DNA of 64,000 nt, taken from Nitrospirota bacterium (GTDB taxonomy: Bacteria > Nitrospirota > UBA9217). The DNA lies in NCBI GenBank assembly GCA_963751455.1, contig CAVVUN010000015.1:384001-448000 (forward strand), given 5' to 3'. Shown piece after piece: positions 39,181-50,220 of this stretch; positions within the stretch are counted from its first letter, which is position 1; the number at the start of each line of letters is the position of its first letter. Under the pieces are notes generated by a model. It was not told the DNA's origin. It did not search any database and saw only the letters and a program-made list of their open reading frames with translations. A program made the translations under genes and the position numbers.

Positions 39181-42100
39181 TTGAAGATAATTAGCCTGAT
39201 ATACCCGAGGAAATCCGGCTGGAATCACGGAAGAAGTATAACTCTCATAATCCTTGTCGCCCTTCTTTCTCTTGGCGCTGTTTTTGTTCCAAGCGCTGAG
39301 GCCTCGGACGAGACTGCATCGTTGTTAGTCAAGATGAAGAACGGCCTTTCTCCGCAAGAACAGGCTGCTGTCATCTCACGAAACGGCGGGACCGAGAAAT
39401 CATCCATTCCTGCTCTCCGGCTGCACGTTGTCCAGATTCCTGCTAATGTTCTCTCTACGGCTTTGTCGAGTTATCAGTTCGATTCCCAGGTGGAAAGAGC
39501 GGAGATAAATCAAACACGCAAGTCCGAGGCAATGCCGTCTGACCCCCGATATAATGAGCAGTGGGCCTTGCCCCAAATTTCATGGGATCAGGTTTACGGT
39601 TCAGTAACAACATCCGGCACGGCAACAGTAGCGGTCCTTGACACCGGGATAGATGCTTCTCATCCCGACCTCAGCGGGGTTCTTGTTCCCGGCACTTCGA
39701 TTCTGGACTTATCAACGGGTATGACGGACTCAAACGGCCACGGGACCTGGATGGCGGGAATTATCGCTGCGGTCCCCAATACGGAGGGAATCGCGGGTGT
39801 AGCGTTTTCCGGAGTGAGAGTCATGCCTGTGGCTGTCCTCGGCGAGGACGGTACAGGCTGGGACAGCGATATCATCGCGGGCGTCATGTATGCCGCCGAC
39901 CATGGAGCCGACGTAATATTAATGGGGTTCAGTAATCCGGGATTCAGCCAGGGTCTTCAGGACGCCATTGATTATGCATGGTCCAAGAACGCGGTCCTCG
40001 TAGCGGCAACAGGCAACGACCGATCCGGGACCCCGACGTATCCCGCGGGCGATCGCGGCGTTGTGGGCGTCTCCGCGACGAACGCCGAGGACATCCTGGC
40101 CGACTTCAGCAATTACGGGGAAGATGCCTTCCTTGCTGCGCCTGGCACGAATATCCTGACTACTAACTTAACCGGCACTTATACACCTTATACGCCAGTC
40201 ACGGGTACATCCGCATCAGCTGCCATTGTCGCGGGCGTTGCAGCGTTCATGAGGGCTGTTGATCCGAGCCTGACAAATGGCGTCATCGTCGGTCGTCTCG
40301 CAGGCACAGCCGATCCTGCGGGTTCAGAGAATCAGACCGGAAACGGACGCGTTAACATGGCACGGGCTGTGTCGAGTACGGCAACCGAATCTATCCAGCC
40401 CGTTGGCATACCGGGAGGAGGCCCGATATTAGGGCCGTATGTAGCGGGGGCTCTTGTCCTGCGCAATGTTACTCTCGGTTCACAGAACGGTACACTGGCT
40501 TCGGGCACTCCAGGCTCCGTGACATTTGCTCTCACAGTAACAAAAGTCGGCGGCTCAGGTAATGCCGCACTGACCGTTACCACGCCGCTCCCCGCCGGAA
40601 CGAGCGTCTCTTTCAGCCCGGACCCCCTTGTTTTTCTTGACAACGGCAACTATACCGAAACCTGCACATTGACAATCAGTACATTGTCCTCGACTGCTGC
40701 CAGTACTACAACCTTTACTCTGCAAACAGCAGCAAGCAATGCGGTTACAGCCACCGGTACATTGACAATCGTAAAAGGGACTCCCATTATCACCTGGGCC
40801 AACCCGGATAACATAACTTATGGAACGCCTCTCGGCGATACACAGTTGAATGCCAGCGCATCAGTGTCCGGCACACCATCAGTTCCCGGCTCATTCTCCT
40901 ATACACCGGCCGGCGGCACAGTACTTTCAGCAGGCAGCGGCCAGGGACTGCACGCAGACTTTAGCCCGGCTGAACCGAACAATTACAATACTGCTTCTGC
41001 TGATGTCCAGATCAACGTGCTAAAGGCTCCGGCGACAGTGACGTTAGGCAATCTCAGCCAGACCTACGATGGGACAGCCAGGAACGCTACAGCAACGACA
41101 TCCCCGGAGGGTCTTAATGTGACGTTCACTTACAACGGTTTATCAATAGCCCCTAACAATGCCGGCACGTACACTGTGATCGGAACGATCAACGAGACGA
41201 ATTACGCAGGCAGCGCCACGGGCACAATGATCATTGACATGGTCACGCCGAGCGTGACGACCTGGCCCACGGCGAGCGGTATCACATACGGGCAGCCGCT
41301 CTCGGCATCGTCGCTGACAGGGGGCAGTGCATCAGTTTCCGGCAGCTTCGCTTTTACCGTACCGACCACTGCACCCGATGCCGGCGCCTACAGCGCTGCA
41401 GTGACCTTTACCCCGACTGATACCACGAACTACAACCTTGTGAGCGGCAGCGTGGAGGTGGCAATTGCCAGAGCGAACCAGGAAACGCTCCTGGTTATCG
41501 CTCCCGGGACTCTTACCTACGGGACCACAGCGACGCTCTCGAGCAGCGGCGGCAGCGGGAATGGAGCGGTTTCATACAGTGCGGGCTCCTCCACAGGCTG
41601 TTCGGTGTCCGGCAGCACTCTCTTTGTTAATAATGCAAGCGGCGATTGCATGGTAACAGCGACAAAAGCCGGAGACGCTAACTACAATGAAGCTACTTCA
41701 TCAGCGGCAACGGTCGCGCTGCAGAAGGCAAGCCAGGCAACGGTCGCGCTCATTGCTCCGGCAATTCTTACCTATGGGACCACAACGACGCTCTCGAGCA
41801 GCGGCGGCAGCGGCACGGGAGCAGTGTCATACAGCGTTGGCTCCTCCACAGGCTGTTCGGCGTCCGGCAGCACTCTCTCGGTTACGAACGCAAGCGGCGA
41901 CTGCATGGTAACAGCGACAAAAGCCGGGGATTCGAACTTCAATGAAGCGTCCTCTTCAGCGGCAACGGTCGCGCTGCAGAAGGCAAGCCAGGCAACGGTT
42001 GCGATCATCGCTCCCGGAATTCTTACCTATGGGACCACAACGACGCTCTCGAGCAGCGGCGGCAGCGGCACGGGAGCAATGTCATACAGCGTTGGCTCCT

Positions 42101-45100
42101 CCACAGGCTGCTCAGTGTCCGGCAGCATCCTCTCGGTTAAGAATGCAAGCGGCGACTGCATGGTAACAGCGACAAAAGCGGGAGATTCGAACTTCAATGA
42201 AGCGTCCTCTTCAGCGGCAACTGTCGCGCTGCAGAAGGCAAGCCAGGCAACGGTCGCGCTCATTGCTCCGGCAATTCTTACTTACGGAACCACAACGACG
42301 CTCTCGAGCAGCGGCGGCAGCGGCACTGGAGCAGTGTCATACAGCGTTGGTTTCTCCACAGGCTGCTTGGTATCCGACAGCGTCCTCTCGGTTACGAACG
42401 CAAGCGGCGACTGCATGGTAACAGCGACAAAAGCCGGAGACTCGAACTTCAATCAAGCATCCTCTTCAGCGTCAACTGTCATGCTGCAGAAGGCCATCCC
42501 CATCGTGACAGCATGGCCCACAGCAAGCGGGATCACGTACGGGGAGGCGCTATCGCTCTCGACACTGACCGGGGGCAGTCCATTAGTGCCGGGCAGCTTC
42601 GCTTTTACGTCGCCGTCCTTCATACCGAATGCCGGTACCTATAGCGCCTCTGTGTCTTTCACTCCTGCGGACACGACCAACTACAACATTGTATATGGCA
42701 GCGTTTACGTTGTGGTTGCCAAGGTCACGCCGAGCGTGACGACCTTGCCCACGGCGAGCCAAATCACCTACGGGCAGCAACTTTCGGCATCGACACTGAC
42801 AGGGGGCAGTGCATCAGTTTCCGGCAGCTTCGCTTTTACCGTACCGACCACTGCACCCGATGCCGGCGCCTACAGCGCTGCAGTGACCTTTACCCCGACT
42901 GATACCACGAACTACAACCTTGTGAGCGGCAGCGTGGAGGTGGCAATTGCCAGAGCGAACCAGGAAACGCTCTTGGTTATCGCTCCCGGGACTCTTACCT
43001 ACGGGACCACAGCGACGCTCTCAAGCAGCGGCGGCAGCGGGAATGGAGCGGTTTCATACAGTGCGGGCTCCTCCACAGGCTGTTCGGTGTCCGGCAGCAC
43101 TCTCTCTGTTAATAATGCAAGCGGCGATTGCATGGTAACAGCGACAAAAGCCGGAGACGCTAACTACAATGAAGCTACTTCATCAGCGGCAACGGTCGCG
43201 CTGCAGAAGGCAAGCCAGGCAACGGTCGTGCTCATTGCTCCGGCAATTCTTACCTATGGGACCACAACGACGCTCTCGAGCAGCGGCGGCAGCGGCACGG
43301 GAGCAGTGTCATACAGCGTTGGCTCCTCCACAGGCTGTTCGGCGTCCGGCAGCACTCTCTCGGTTACGAACGCAAGCGGCGACTGCATGGTAACAGCGAC
43401 AAAAGCCGGGGATTCGAACTTCAATGAAGCGTCCTCTTCAGCGGCAACGGTCGCGCTGCAGAAGGCAAGCCAGGCAACGGTTGCGATCATCGCTCCCGGA
43501 ATTCTTACCTATGGGACCACAACGACGCTCTCGAGCAGCGGCGGCAGCGGCACGGGAGCAATGTCATACAGCGTTGGCTCCTCCACAGGCTGCTCAGTGT
43601 CCGGCAGCATCCTCTCGGTTACGAATGCAAGCGGCGACTGCATGGTAACAGCGACAAAAGCGGGAGATTCGAACTTCAATGAAGCTACTTCATCAGCTGC
43701 GGCGGTCGCGTTGCAGAAGGCAGACCAGGAAACGCTCTTGGTCCTCGCTCCCGGAATTCTTACCTATGGAACCACAACGACGCTCTCGAGCAGCGGCGGC
43801 AGCGGCACGGGAGCAGTGTCATACAGCGTTGGCTCTTCCACAGGCTGCTCGGTGTCCGGCAGCATCCTCTCGGTTACGAACGCAAGCGGCGACTGCATGG
43901 TAACAGCAACAAAAGCCGGAGACTCTAATTACAATGAAACATCCTCATCTCCGGCCACGGTCTCGCTGCAGAAGGCCGGCCCCATCGTGACAACATGGCC
44001 CACAGCGAGCGGGATCACGTATTTGCAGCCGCTGTCGGCCTCGACGCTTACCGGGGGAAGCGCATCAGTTCCCGGGAGCTTTGCCTTTAGTACGCCAACC
44101 ATGACGCCGACTGCCGGGACTTACAGCGCGCCGGTAAACTTTACGCCTACGATGGAGTACAGAACAAACTATACCACTGTAAGCGGCAGCGTGAATGTTG
44201 CGGTTGCCAGGGCTGACCAGGAAGTATTGACGATCAACGCACCGCCGACTCTTGCCTACGGGAGCACGGCTACCTTGACGACCATGGGCGGCAGCGGCAC
44301 GGGAGTGATATCTTACAGCACCGGCTCCTCGACAGGGTGTTCGGTATCCGGCAGCATTCTTTCGGTAACGGATGCAAGCGGCACATGCTCAATAACAGCG
44401 ACAAAAGCCGGAGATGTGAACTACAACGAAATAACGTCGGAGCAGGCCACGGTCTCCCTGAAGAGATCGAACCAGCAAACGCTCACCATCATCGCTCCCG
44501 GGACTCTTACCTATGGGACCACAGCGACGCTCTCAAGCAGCGGCGGCAGCGGCACGGGAGCGGTGTCATACAGCGTTGGGTCCTCCACAGGCTGCTCAAT
44601 ATCCGGCAGCACCCTCTCGGTTACGAATGCAAGCAGCACCTGCTCTGTTATTGCCATGAAGGCCGCTGACGCTGACTATACTGAAGCCACGTCATCAGCG
44701 GCCACAGTAGTGCTCCAGAAGGCGAACCAGGCAACGCTCTCGGCCATCGCTCCCGGAATTCTTACCTATGGGACCACAACAGCCTTGACAAGCAGCGGCG
44801 GCAGCGGCACGGGAGCGGTCTCATACAGCGCTGGTTCCTCTACAGGGTGCTCGGTGTCCGGCAGCACTCTCTCTGTTAATAATGCAAGCGGCGATTGCAT
44901 GGTAACAGCGACAAAAGCCGGGGATTCGAACTTCAATGAAGCGTCCTCTTCAGCGGCAACGGTCACGCTGCAGAAGGCGAACCAGGCAACGCTCTTGGCC
45001 GTCGCTCCCGGAATCCTTACCTATGGGACCACAGCGACGCTCTCGAGCAGCGGCGGCAGCGGCACTGGAGCGGTGTCATACAGCGTTGGTTCCTCCACAG

Positions 45101-48100
45101 GCTGCTTGGTATCCGGCAGCGTCCTCTCGGTTACGAATGCAAGCGGCACATGCATGGCAACAGCAACAAAAGCCGGGGATTCGAACTTCAATGAAGCGTC
45201 CTCTTCAGCGGCAACAATCACGCTGCAAAAGGCAGAACAGCAAACGCTCCTGGTCATTGCTCCCGAAACCCTTACATACGGGAACACGGCGACTTTGACG
45301 AGCAGCGGAGGCAGCGGCACGGGGGCTGTGTCATACAGCGCGGGTTCCTCAACAGGGTGTTCGGTGTCAGGCAGCATCCTTTCGGTAACGGATGCAAGCG
45401 GCACCTGCTCGGTGACAGCAACGAAATCGGTTGATAATAACTACAACGCAGTCGCCTCATCTTCAGCGACAATAACGCTGCAGAAGGCGATCCCTATCGT
45501 CACAGCATGGCCCACTGCAAGCGGTATCACTTACGGACAGCAGCTTTCCGCTTCGACGCTGAGCGGCGGCAGCGCATCGGTACCAGGCAGCTTTGCCTTC
45601 GCCGCGCCGTCTACGATACCGAATGCCGGTGTCTACAGTGCCGAGGTCACCTTTACGCCCATGGACACGATCAACTACAACACTGTGATCGGCACCGTGA
45701 ATGTTACAGTTGCCAGGGCAGACCAGGCAACGCTCTTGGTCATCGCTCCCGGAACTCTTACCTACGGGAGTACGGCAAGCTTGACCATCAACGGCGGCAG
45801 CGGTACGGGGGTTGTATCGTACAGTGTTGGTTCCTCGACAGGGTGCTCGGTATCCGGCAGCATTCTGTCGGTGACGAATGCAAGCGGCACATGCATGGTA
45901 ACAGCGTCGAAAGCCGCAGACAGCAACTATAATGCTGCAGCTTCATCCCCGGCCACAGTCTCACTGCTGAAAGCAGACCAGACAGCGCTCCTGGTCATCT
46001 CTCCCGCAAGCGTTACCTATGGGAGCACAGCGACCTTGACGAGCAGCGGCGGCAGCGGCATGGGAGCAGTGTCATACAGCGCCGGTTCTTCCACGGGGTG
46101 CTCGGTGTCCGGCAGCATTCTCTCAGTTACGAACGCAGGCGGCACGTGTTCAATAACAGCAACAAAGGCCGGAGATCCCAACTACAATGAAGCGTCCTCT
46201 TTAGCAGCCACGGTCATGCTGCGGAAAGCCAACCAGGCAGCGCTCGCGGTCATCGCTCCCGGAAGTCTTACCTATGGGACCACAACAGCCTTGACAAGCA
46301 GCGGCGGCAGCGGCACGGGAGCGGTCTCATACAGCGCTGGTTCTTCCACAGGGTGCTCGGTTTCCGGCAGCACTCTCTCGGTTACAAATGCAAGCGCCAC
46401 TTGCATGGCAACAGCGACAAAAGCCGGCGATTCCAACTACAATGAAGCGTCCTCTTTACCGGCCACGGTCACGCTGCAGAAGGCCAACCAGGAAACGCTC
46501 CTGGTCATTGCTTCTGCAACCCTTGTATACGGAAACACCTCAGGCCTGATGAGCAGCGGCGGCAGCGGGGATGGAGCGGTAACTTACAGTGCGGGTTCCT
46601 CCACAGGCTGTTCGGTGTCCGGCGGCATTCTCTCGGTTACGAACGCAGGCGGCACGTGTTCAATAACAGCAACAAAGGCCGGAGATCCCAACTACAATGA
46701 AGCGTCCTCTTCAGCAGCCACGGTCACGCTGCAGAAGGCAGAACAGCAAACGCTCCTGGTCATTGCTCCCGAAACCCTTACATACGGGAACACGGCGACT
46801 CTGACGAAGAGCGGAGGCAGCGGCACGGGCGCGGTGTCATACAGCGCGGGTTCCTCAACAGGCTGTTCGGTGTCAGGCAGCATCCTTTCGGTAACGGACG
46901 CAAGCGGCACCTGCACGGTGACAGCAACGAAAGCCGGAGACACCAACTATAATACAATAACTTCGCCGGAGGACACAATTTCCCTGCAAAAAGCGACGCC
47001 CACCGTGACGATATGGCCCCTGGCAAGCGGAATCACATATGGGCAGCAGCTTTCGGCCTCCACACTGACAAGCGGAAGCGGATCTATCCCGGGCAACTTC
47101 GGCTTCACTACGTCGGCTACAGCACCGAATGCCGGCATATACAGCGCAGCGGTTACCTTCACTCCCACGGATATGACGAATTACCTCACCGTAACCGGCT
47201 ACGTATATGTTGCGGTTGCAAGGGCGACGCCGACAATCACCTGGAATAACCCTGCGGACATCACCTATGGAACGGCCCTGGCCGGAGCTGAGTTGAATGC
47301 AGCCGCATCAGTACCCGGCACGCTCATCTATACCCCGGCTGCCGGTGTTGTGCTCACTGCGGCCGGCAACCAGACATTATCGGTGAACTTTACGCCGATT
47401 GACACGAGCAATTACAACGTCGCCTCGGCAACCGTCAGAATCAACGTGTTAAAGGCAGCAGCGACAGTGACGTTAGGCAATCTGAGCCGGATATATGACA
47501 CGACAGCCAGGAATGCCACAGGCACAACGGACCCGGCAGGGCTGACGATCGCGTTCACCTACAATGGCTCAGCCACACCGCCGATCAACGCAGGAAGTTA
47601 CACGGTGGTAGGAACAATCGAAGACACCAATTACCAGGGCAGTACAACCGGCACGATGACCATAGCAAAGGCGACCCCCACCGTGACGACATGGCCCCTG
47701 GCCGGCGAAATCACATACACGCAGCGGCTTTCCGCCTCGACGCTGAGCGGCGGCAGCGCATCGGCACCCGGCAGCTTTGCCTTCGCCGCGCCGTCTACAA
47801 TGCCGAATGCCGGCGTCTACAGCGCCGCGGTCGCCTTCGCGCCCATGGACACGATCAACTACAACACGGTGAGCGGCAGCGTGGACATTACGGTTTCGAA
47901 GGCGACTCCTGTTCTCACATGGAATAACCCTGGGGACATCACATATGGAGCGGCCCTGGGCGGAGCACAGTTGAATGCGACTGCATCAGTGCCGGGCAGC
48001 TTCATATACACACCCGCTGCCGGCACCGTCCTTCCGGCAGGCAACAGCCGGACATTATCCGCGGAGTTTACTCCGAGCGATACGAGTAACTACGACACCG

Positions 48101-50154
48101 TATCGGCAAGCGCTACAATCAACGTCTTAAAGGCAATTGCCGCAGTGACCTTAGACAACCTGGGCCATACGTACAACAGCACAGCCAAAAATGCAACAGC
48201 CGCAACAAATCCGGCTGGACTCACGGTCGCGTTCACCTATGATAGTTTGCCTACAGCGCCCACGAACGCCGGGAGCTACACCGTGGTGGGAACAATCGAA
48301 GACGAAAATTACCGGGGCAGCGCCGCCGGCACGATGACCATAGCAAAGGCGACCCCCGACGTGACGACATGGCCTCTGACAAGCGGAATCACATACACGC
48401 AGCAGCTTTCCGCCTCGACGCTGAGCGGCGGCAGCGCATCAATACCCGGCAGCTTTGCCTTCACCGCGCCGTCTACGATACCGAATGCCGGCGCCTACAG
48501 CGCTGCCGTCACATTCACGCCCACTGACGCCGCAAACTACAACACGGTAAACGGCAATGTGATTGTTGAAGTTGCCAGGGCAGACCAGGCAGCGCTGAGG
48601 GTAAGCGCTCCTGCAAGCCTTGCCTACGGAAACACGGCGACCTTGACAAGCAGCGGAGGCAGCGGTACGGGGCTTGTATCGTACAATGTTGGATCCTCGA
48701 CAGGCTGCTCGGTATCCGGCAACGTTGTCACCATTATAGCCGCAACCGGCACCTGTTGGGTAACGGCGGCGAAAGCGGCTGAGAGCAACTACAATGCAGC
48801 CATTTCACCGGCGGTTACCATTGTACCTCAGAAAGCCGGCCAGACGATTACATTCGGCGCGGTTACGGGCAAGATGTACGGAGATGCGCCGTTTATGGAT
48901 CCCGTAAGCTCAAATTCAGGCCTCGCTGTAAGCCTTATCAGCCTTACCGGCGATGTTTGTACGGCAGCCGATAATACCGTTACAATCCATGCTGCGGGAA
49001 CATGCACGCTCGAGGCTTCCCAGGGCGGAAATACGAACTATAATGCCGCACCCATCGTGAAACAGTCTTTCACGGTTGCCAAGGCCAACCAGGCTATCAC
49101 CTTCGGTTCGCTCCCCGGCAAGACAGTCGGAGACCCGGACTTCGCCCCAGGCGCTACGGCCAGCTCGGGGCTTCCGGTCTCCTACGCGAGCTCGCTCACG
49201 CAAATAGCGACGATCGTGGACGGAAACATTCATATATTGAAACCGGGGACAACGACGATCATTGCGTTCCAGGACGGTGACATGAATTATAACGCAGCGC
49301 CAAGCGTACAGCAGAGTTTTACGGTAAGTAACATAGCATCATTCATCGGCGGCGGCACGGGGGGGCGTGGTCGTTCTCATTGGCTAACATGGAGCGGGGA
49401 CCCATCGAGGGATAATACGATCAATTTTTACACTAAATTACTTTGCCCGTATGGCGACGCCTGTTCTTATAACTGGAACTTCGGCGATCCGGACTCGGGT
49501 CCGGCAAATACAACGACAGGGAGAACCGTCTTCCATACATTCAGCAGTTTCGGCACTTATAAGGTGATATTGAGTGTTACTGATGGCAGCAGGAGCCATA
49601 TGTACACTACTTCGGTATTCGTTAATACGAAACCGCTGGTGTCTCATGGTCCGATAACTACAGATCTCTATACCATAAGCTTTATTGACAAATCTTTATC
49701 CACAGATGGTGTAGCTCTGCCGAATAATGCAGTTACCGTATTTTGGGGGGACGGTGCGGTCTCACGGCAGAATGCGGGCACTGTTTTCACGCATACCTAC
49801 AAAAAGGCAAGAAAATTCAACGTCCTCCATACCGTGACCGACTCGGGAGATGAGCAGGGTCGAAGGAAGTTGAGGACTATCGAGAGGATAATGGTGTCGG
49901 TGCCCCAGAAGTTTACTGTGGAGGGGACTGTCAGCAAGAGAGGTGAAGGTCTTCCCCACGTGATTGTGTCGCTCACGTATAACGGGCGTACAAGGGCCAC
50001 TGCGAGGACAGATGCAAGCGGTAATTACATTTTCAAGAATGTTCTGCCGGGTGTGTATACGATAAAGGCATACAAGTATAACACGACCTTCTCGGACTTG
50101 CCGGATTCCATCACCGTGAATGCGGGTACGATATTAAACTTTACCGCACAATAG
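39181..50154 (+). CDS. giant (3657 aa) secreted S8 subtilase with Ig-like/MBG repeat stalk, PKD and carboxypeptidase-regulatory-like C-terminal domains
   Basis: Signal peptide and propeptide; catalytic VAVLDTG / NGHGT / GTSAS; about 19 two-Cys 85-aa repeats and other Ig-like modules; WNFGD and VFWGDG PKD motifs. Confidence 0.9.
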   Translation: MKIISLIYPRKSGWNHGRSITLIILVALLSLGAVFVPSAEASDETASLLVKMKNGLSPQEQAAVISRNGGTEKSSIPALRLHVVQIPANVLSTALSSYQFDSQVERAEINQTRKSEAMPSDPRYNEQWALPQISWDQVYGSVTTSGTATVAVLDTGIDASHPDLSGVLVPGTSILDLSTGMTDSNGHGTWMAGIIAAVPNTEGIAGVAFSGVRVMPVAVLGEDGTGWDSDIIAGVMYAADHGADVILMGFSNPGFSQGLQDAIDYAWSKNAVLVAATGNDRSGTPTYPAGDRGVVGVSATNAEDILADFSNYGEDAFLAAPGTNILTTNLTGTYTPYTPVTGTSASAAIVAGVAAFMRAVDPSLTNGVIVGRLAGTADPAGSENQTGNGRVNMARAVSSTATESIQPVGIPGGGPILGPYVAGALVLRNVTLGSQNGTLASGTPGSVTFALTVTKVGGSGNAALTVTTPLPAGTSVSFSPDPLVFLDNGNYTETCTLTISTLSSTAASTTTFTLQTAASNAVTATGTLTIVKGTPIITWANPDNITYGTPLGDTQLNASASVSGTPSVPGSFSYTPAGGTVLSAGSGQGLHADFSPAEPNNYNTASADVQINVLKAPATVTLGNLSQTYDGTARNATATTSPEGLNVTFTYNGLSIAPNNAGTYTVIGTINETNYAGSATGTMIIDMVTPSVTTWPTASGITYGQPLSASSLTGGSASVSGSFAFTVPTTAPDAGAYSAAVTFTPTDTTNYNLVSGSVEVAIARANQETLLVIAPGTLTYGTTATLSSSGGSGNGAVSYSAGSSTGCSVSGSTLFVNNASGDCMVTATKAGDANYNEATSSAATVALQKASQATVALIAPAILTYGTTTTLSSSGGSGTGAVSYSVGSSTGCSASGSTLSVTNASGDCMVTATKAGDSNFNEASSSAATVALQKASQATVAIIAPGILTYGTTTTLSSSGGSGTGAMSYSVGSSTGCSVSGSILSVKNASGDCMVTATKAGDSNFNEASSSAATVALQKASQATVALIAPAILTYGTTTTLSSSGGSGTGAVSYSVGFSTGCLVSDSVLSVTNASGDCMVTATKAGDSNFNQASSSASTVMLQKAIPIVTAWPTASGITYGEALSLSTLTGGSPLVPGSFAFTSPSFIPNAGTYSASVSFTPADTTNYNIVYGSVYVVVAKVTPSVTTLPTASQITYGQQLSASTLTGGSASVSGSFAFTVPTTAPDAGAYSAAVTFTPTDTTNYNLVSGSVEVAIARANQETLLVIAPGTLTYGTTATLSSSGGSGNGAVSYSAGSSTGCSVSGSTLSVNNASGDCMVTATKAGDANYNEATSSAATVALQKASQATVVLIAPAILTYGTTTTLSSSGGSGTGAVSYSVGSSTGCSASGSTLSVTNASGDCMVTATKAGDSNFNEASSSAATVALQKASQATVAIIAPGILTYGTTTTLSSSGGSGTGAMSYSVGSSTGCSVSGSILSVTNASGDCMVTATKAGDSNFNEATSSAAAVALQKADQETLLVLAPGILTYGTTTTLSSSGGSGTGAVSYSVGSSTGCSVSGSILSVTNASGDCMVTATKAGDSNYNETSSSPATVSLQKAGPIVTTWPTASGITYLQPLSASTLTGGSASVPGSFAFSTPTMTPTAGTYSAPVNFTPTMEYRTNYTTVSGSVNVAVARADQEVLTINAPPTLAYGSTATLTTMGGSGTGVISYSTGSSTGCSVSGSILSVTDASGTCSITATKAGDVNYNEITSEQATVSLKRSNQQTLTIIAPGTLTYGTTATLSSSGGSGTGAVSYSVGSSTGCSISGSTLSVTNASSTCSVIAMKAADADYTEATSSAATVVLQKANQATLSAIAPGILTYGTTTALTSSGGSGTGAVSYSAGSSTGCSVSGSTLSVNNASGDCMVTATKAGDSNFNEASSSAATVTLQKANQATLLAVAPGILTYGTTATLSSSGGSGTGAVSYSVGSSTGCLVSGSVLSVTNASGTCMATATKAGDSNFNEASSSAATITLQKAEQQTLLVIAPETLTYGNTATLTSSGGSGTGAVSYSAGSSTGCSVSGSILSVTDASGTCSVTATKSVDNNYNAVASSSATITLQKAIPIVTAWPTASGITYGQQLSASTLSGGSASVPGSFAFAAPSTIPNAGVYSAEVTFTPMDTINYNTVIGTVNVTVARADQATLLVIAPGTLTYGSTASLTINGGSGTGVVSYSVGSSTGCSVSGSILSVTNASGTCMVTASKAADSNYNAAASSPATVSLLKADQTALLVISPASVTYGSTATLTSSGGSGMGAVSYSAGSSTGCSVSGSILSVTNAGGTCSITATKAGDPNYNEASSLAATVMLRKANQAALAVIAPGSLTYGTTTALTSSGGSGTGAVSYSAGSSTGCSVSGSTLSVTNASATCMATATKAGDSNYNEASSLPATVTLQKANQETLLVIASATLVYGNTSGLMSSGGSGDGAVTYSAGSSTGCSVSGGILSVTNAGGTCSITATKAGDPNYNEASSSAATVTLQKAEQQTLLVIAPETLTYGNTATLTKSGGSGTGAVSYSAGSSTGCSVSGSILSVTDASGTCTVTATKAGDTNYNTITSPEDTISLQKATPTVTIWPLASGITYGQQLSASTLTSGSGSIPGNFGFTTSATAPNAGIYSAAVTFTPTDMTNYLTVTGYVYVAVARATPTITWNNPADITYGTALAGAELNAAASVPGTLIYTPAAGVVLTAAGNQTLSVNFTPIDTSNYNVASATVRINVLKAAATVTLGNLSRIYDTTARNATGTTDPAGLTIAFTYNGSATPPINAGSYTVVGTIEDTNYQGSTTGTMTIAKATPTVTTWPLAGEITYTQRLSASTLSGGSASAPGSFAFAAPSTMPNAGVYSAAVAFAPMDTINYNTVSGSVDITVSKATPVLTWNNPGDITYGAALGGAQLNATASVPGSFIYTPAAGTVLPAGNSRTLSAEFTPSDTSNYDTVSASATINVLKAIAAVTLDNLGHTYNSTAKNATAATNPAGLTVAFTYDSLPTAPTNAGSYTVVGTIEDENYRGSAAGTMTIAKATPDVTTWPLTSGITYTQQLSASTLSGGSASIPGSFAFTAPSTIPNAGAYSAAVTFTPTDAANYNTVNGNVIVEVARADQAALRVSAPASLAYGNTATLTSSGGSGTGLVSYNVGSSTGCSVSGNVVTIIAATGTCWVTAAKAAESNYNAAISPAVTIVPQKAGQTITFGAVTGKMYGDAPFMDPVSSNSGLAVSLISLTGDVCTAADNTVTIHAAGTCTLEASQGGNTNYNAAPIVKQSFTVAKANQAITFGSLPGKTVGDPDFAPGATASSGLPVSYASSLTQIATIVDGNIHILKPGTTTIIAFQDGDMNYNAAPSVQQSFTVSNIASFIGGGTGGRGRSHWLTWSGDPSRDNTINFYTKLLCPYGDACSYNWNFGDPDSGPANTTTGRTVFHTFSSFGTYKVILSVTDGSRSHMYTTSVFVNTKPLVSHGPITTDLYTISFIDKSLSTDGVALPNNAVTVFWGDGAVSRQNAGTVFTHTYKKARKFNVLHTVTDSGDEQGRRKLRTIERIMVSVPQKFTVEGTVSKRGEGLPHVIVSLTYNGRTRATARTDASGNYIFKNVLPGVYTIKAYKYNTTFSDLPDSITVNAGTILNFTAQ
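41240..43680 (+). repeat. recent internal duplication (1482-bp offset) plus 255-bp tandem units
   Basis: ~41240-42200 is nearly identical to ~42722-43680; shadow ORFs recur every 255 bp. Confidence 0.85.
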
Positions 50155-50220
50155 GTTCATTCGCACATATTTTTATAGCCAAGAGAACTCATTGCCTATG
50201 CGGCTTGCGCTTTGCGCCCC

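Noticed and set aside
41240-48800. Regular repeats as a CRISPR array, and recurring shadow ORFs as genes
   Set aside because: These are 255-bp coding repeats without unique spacers. The shadow ORFs are alternate frames of the S8 gene.
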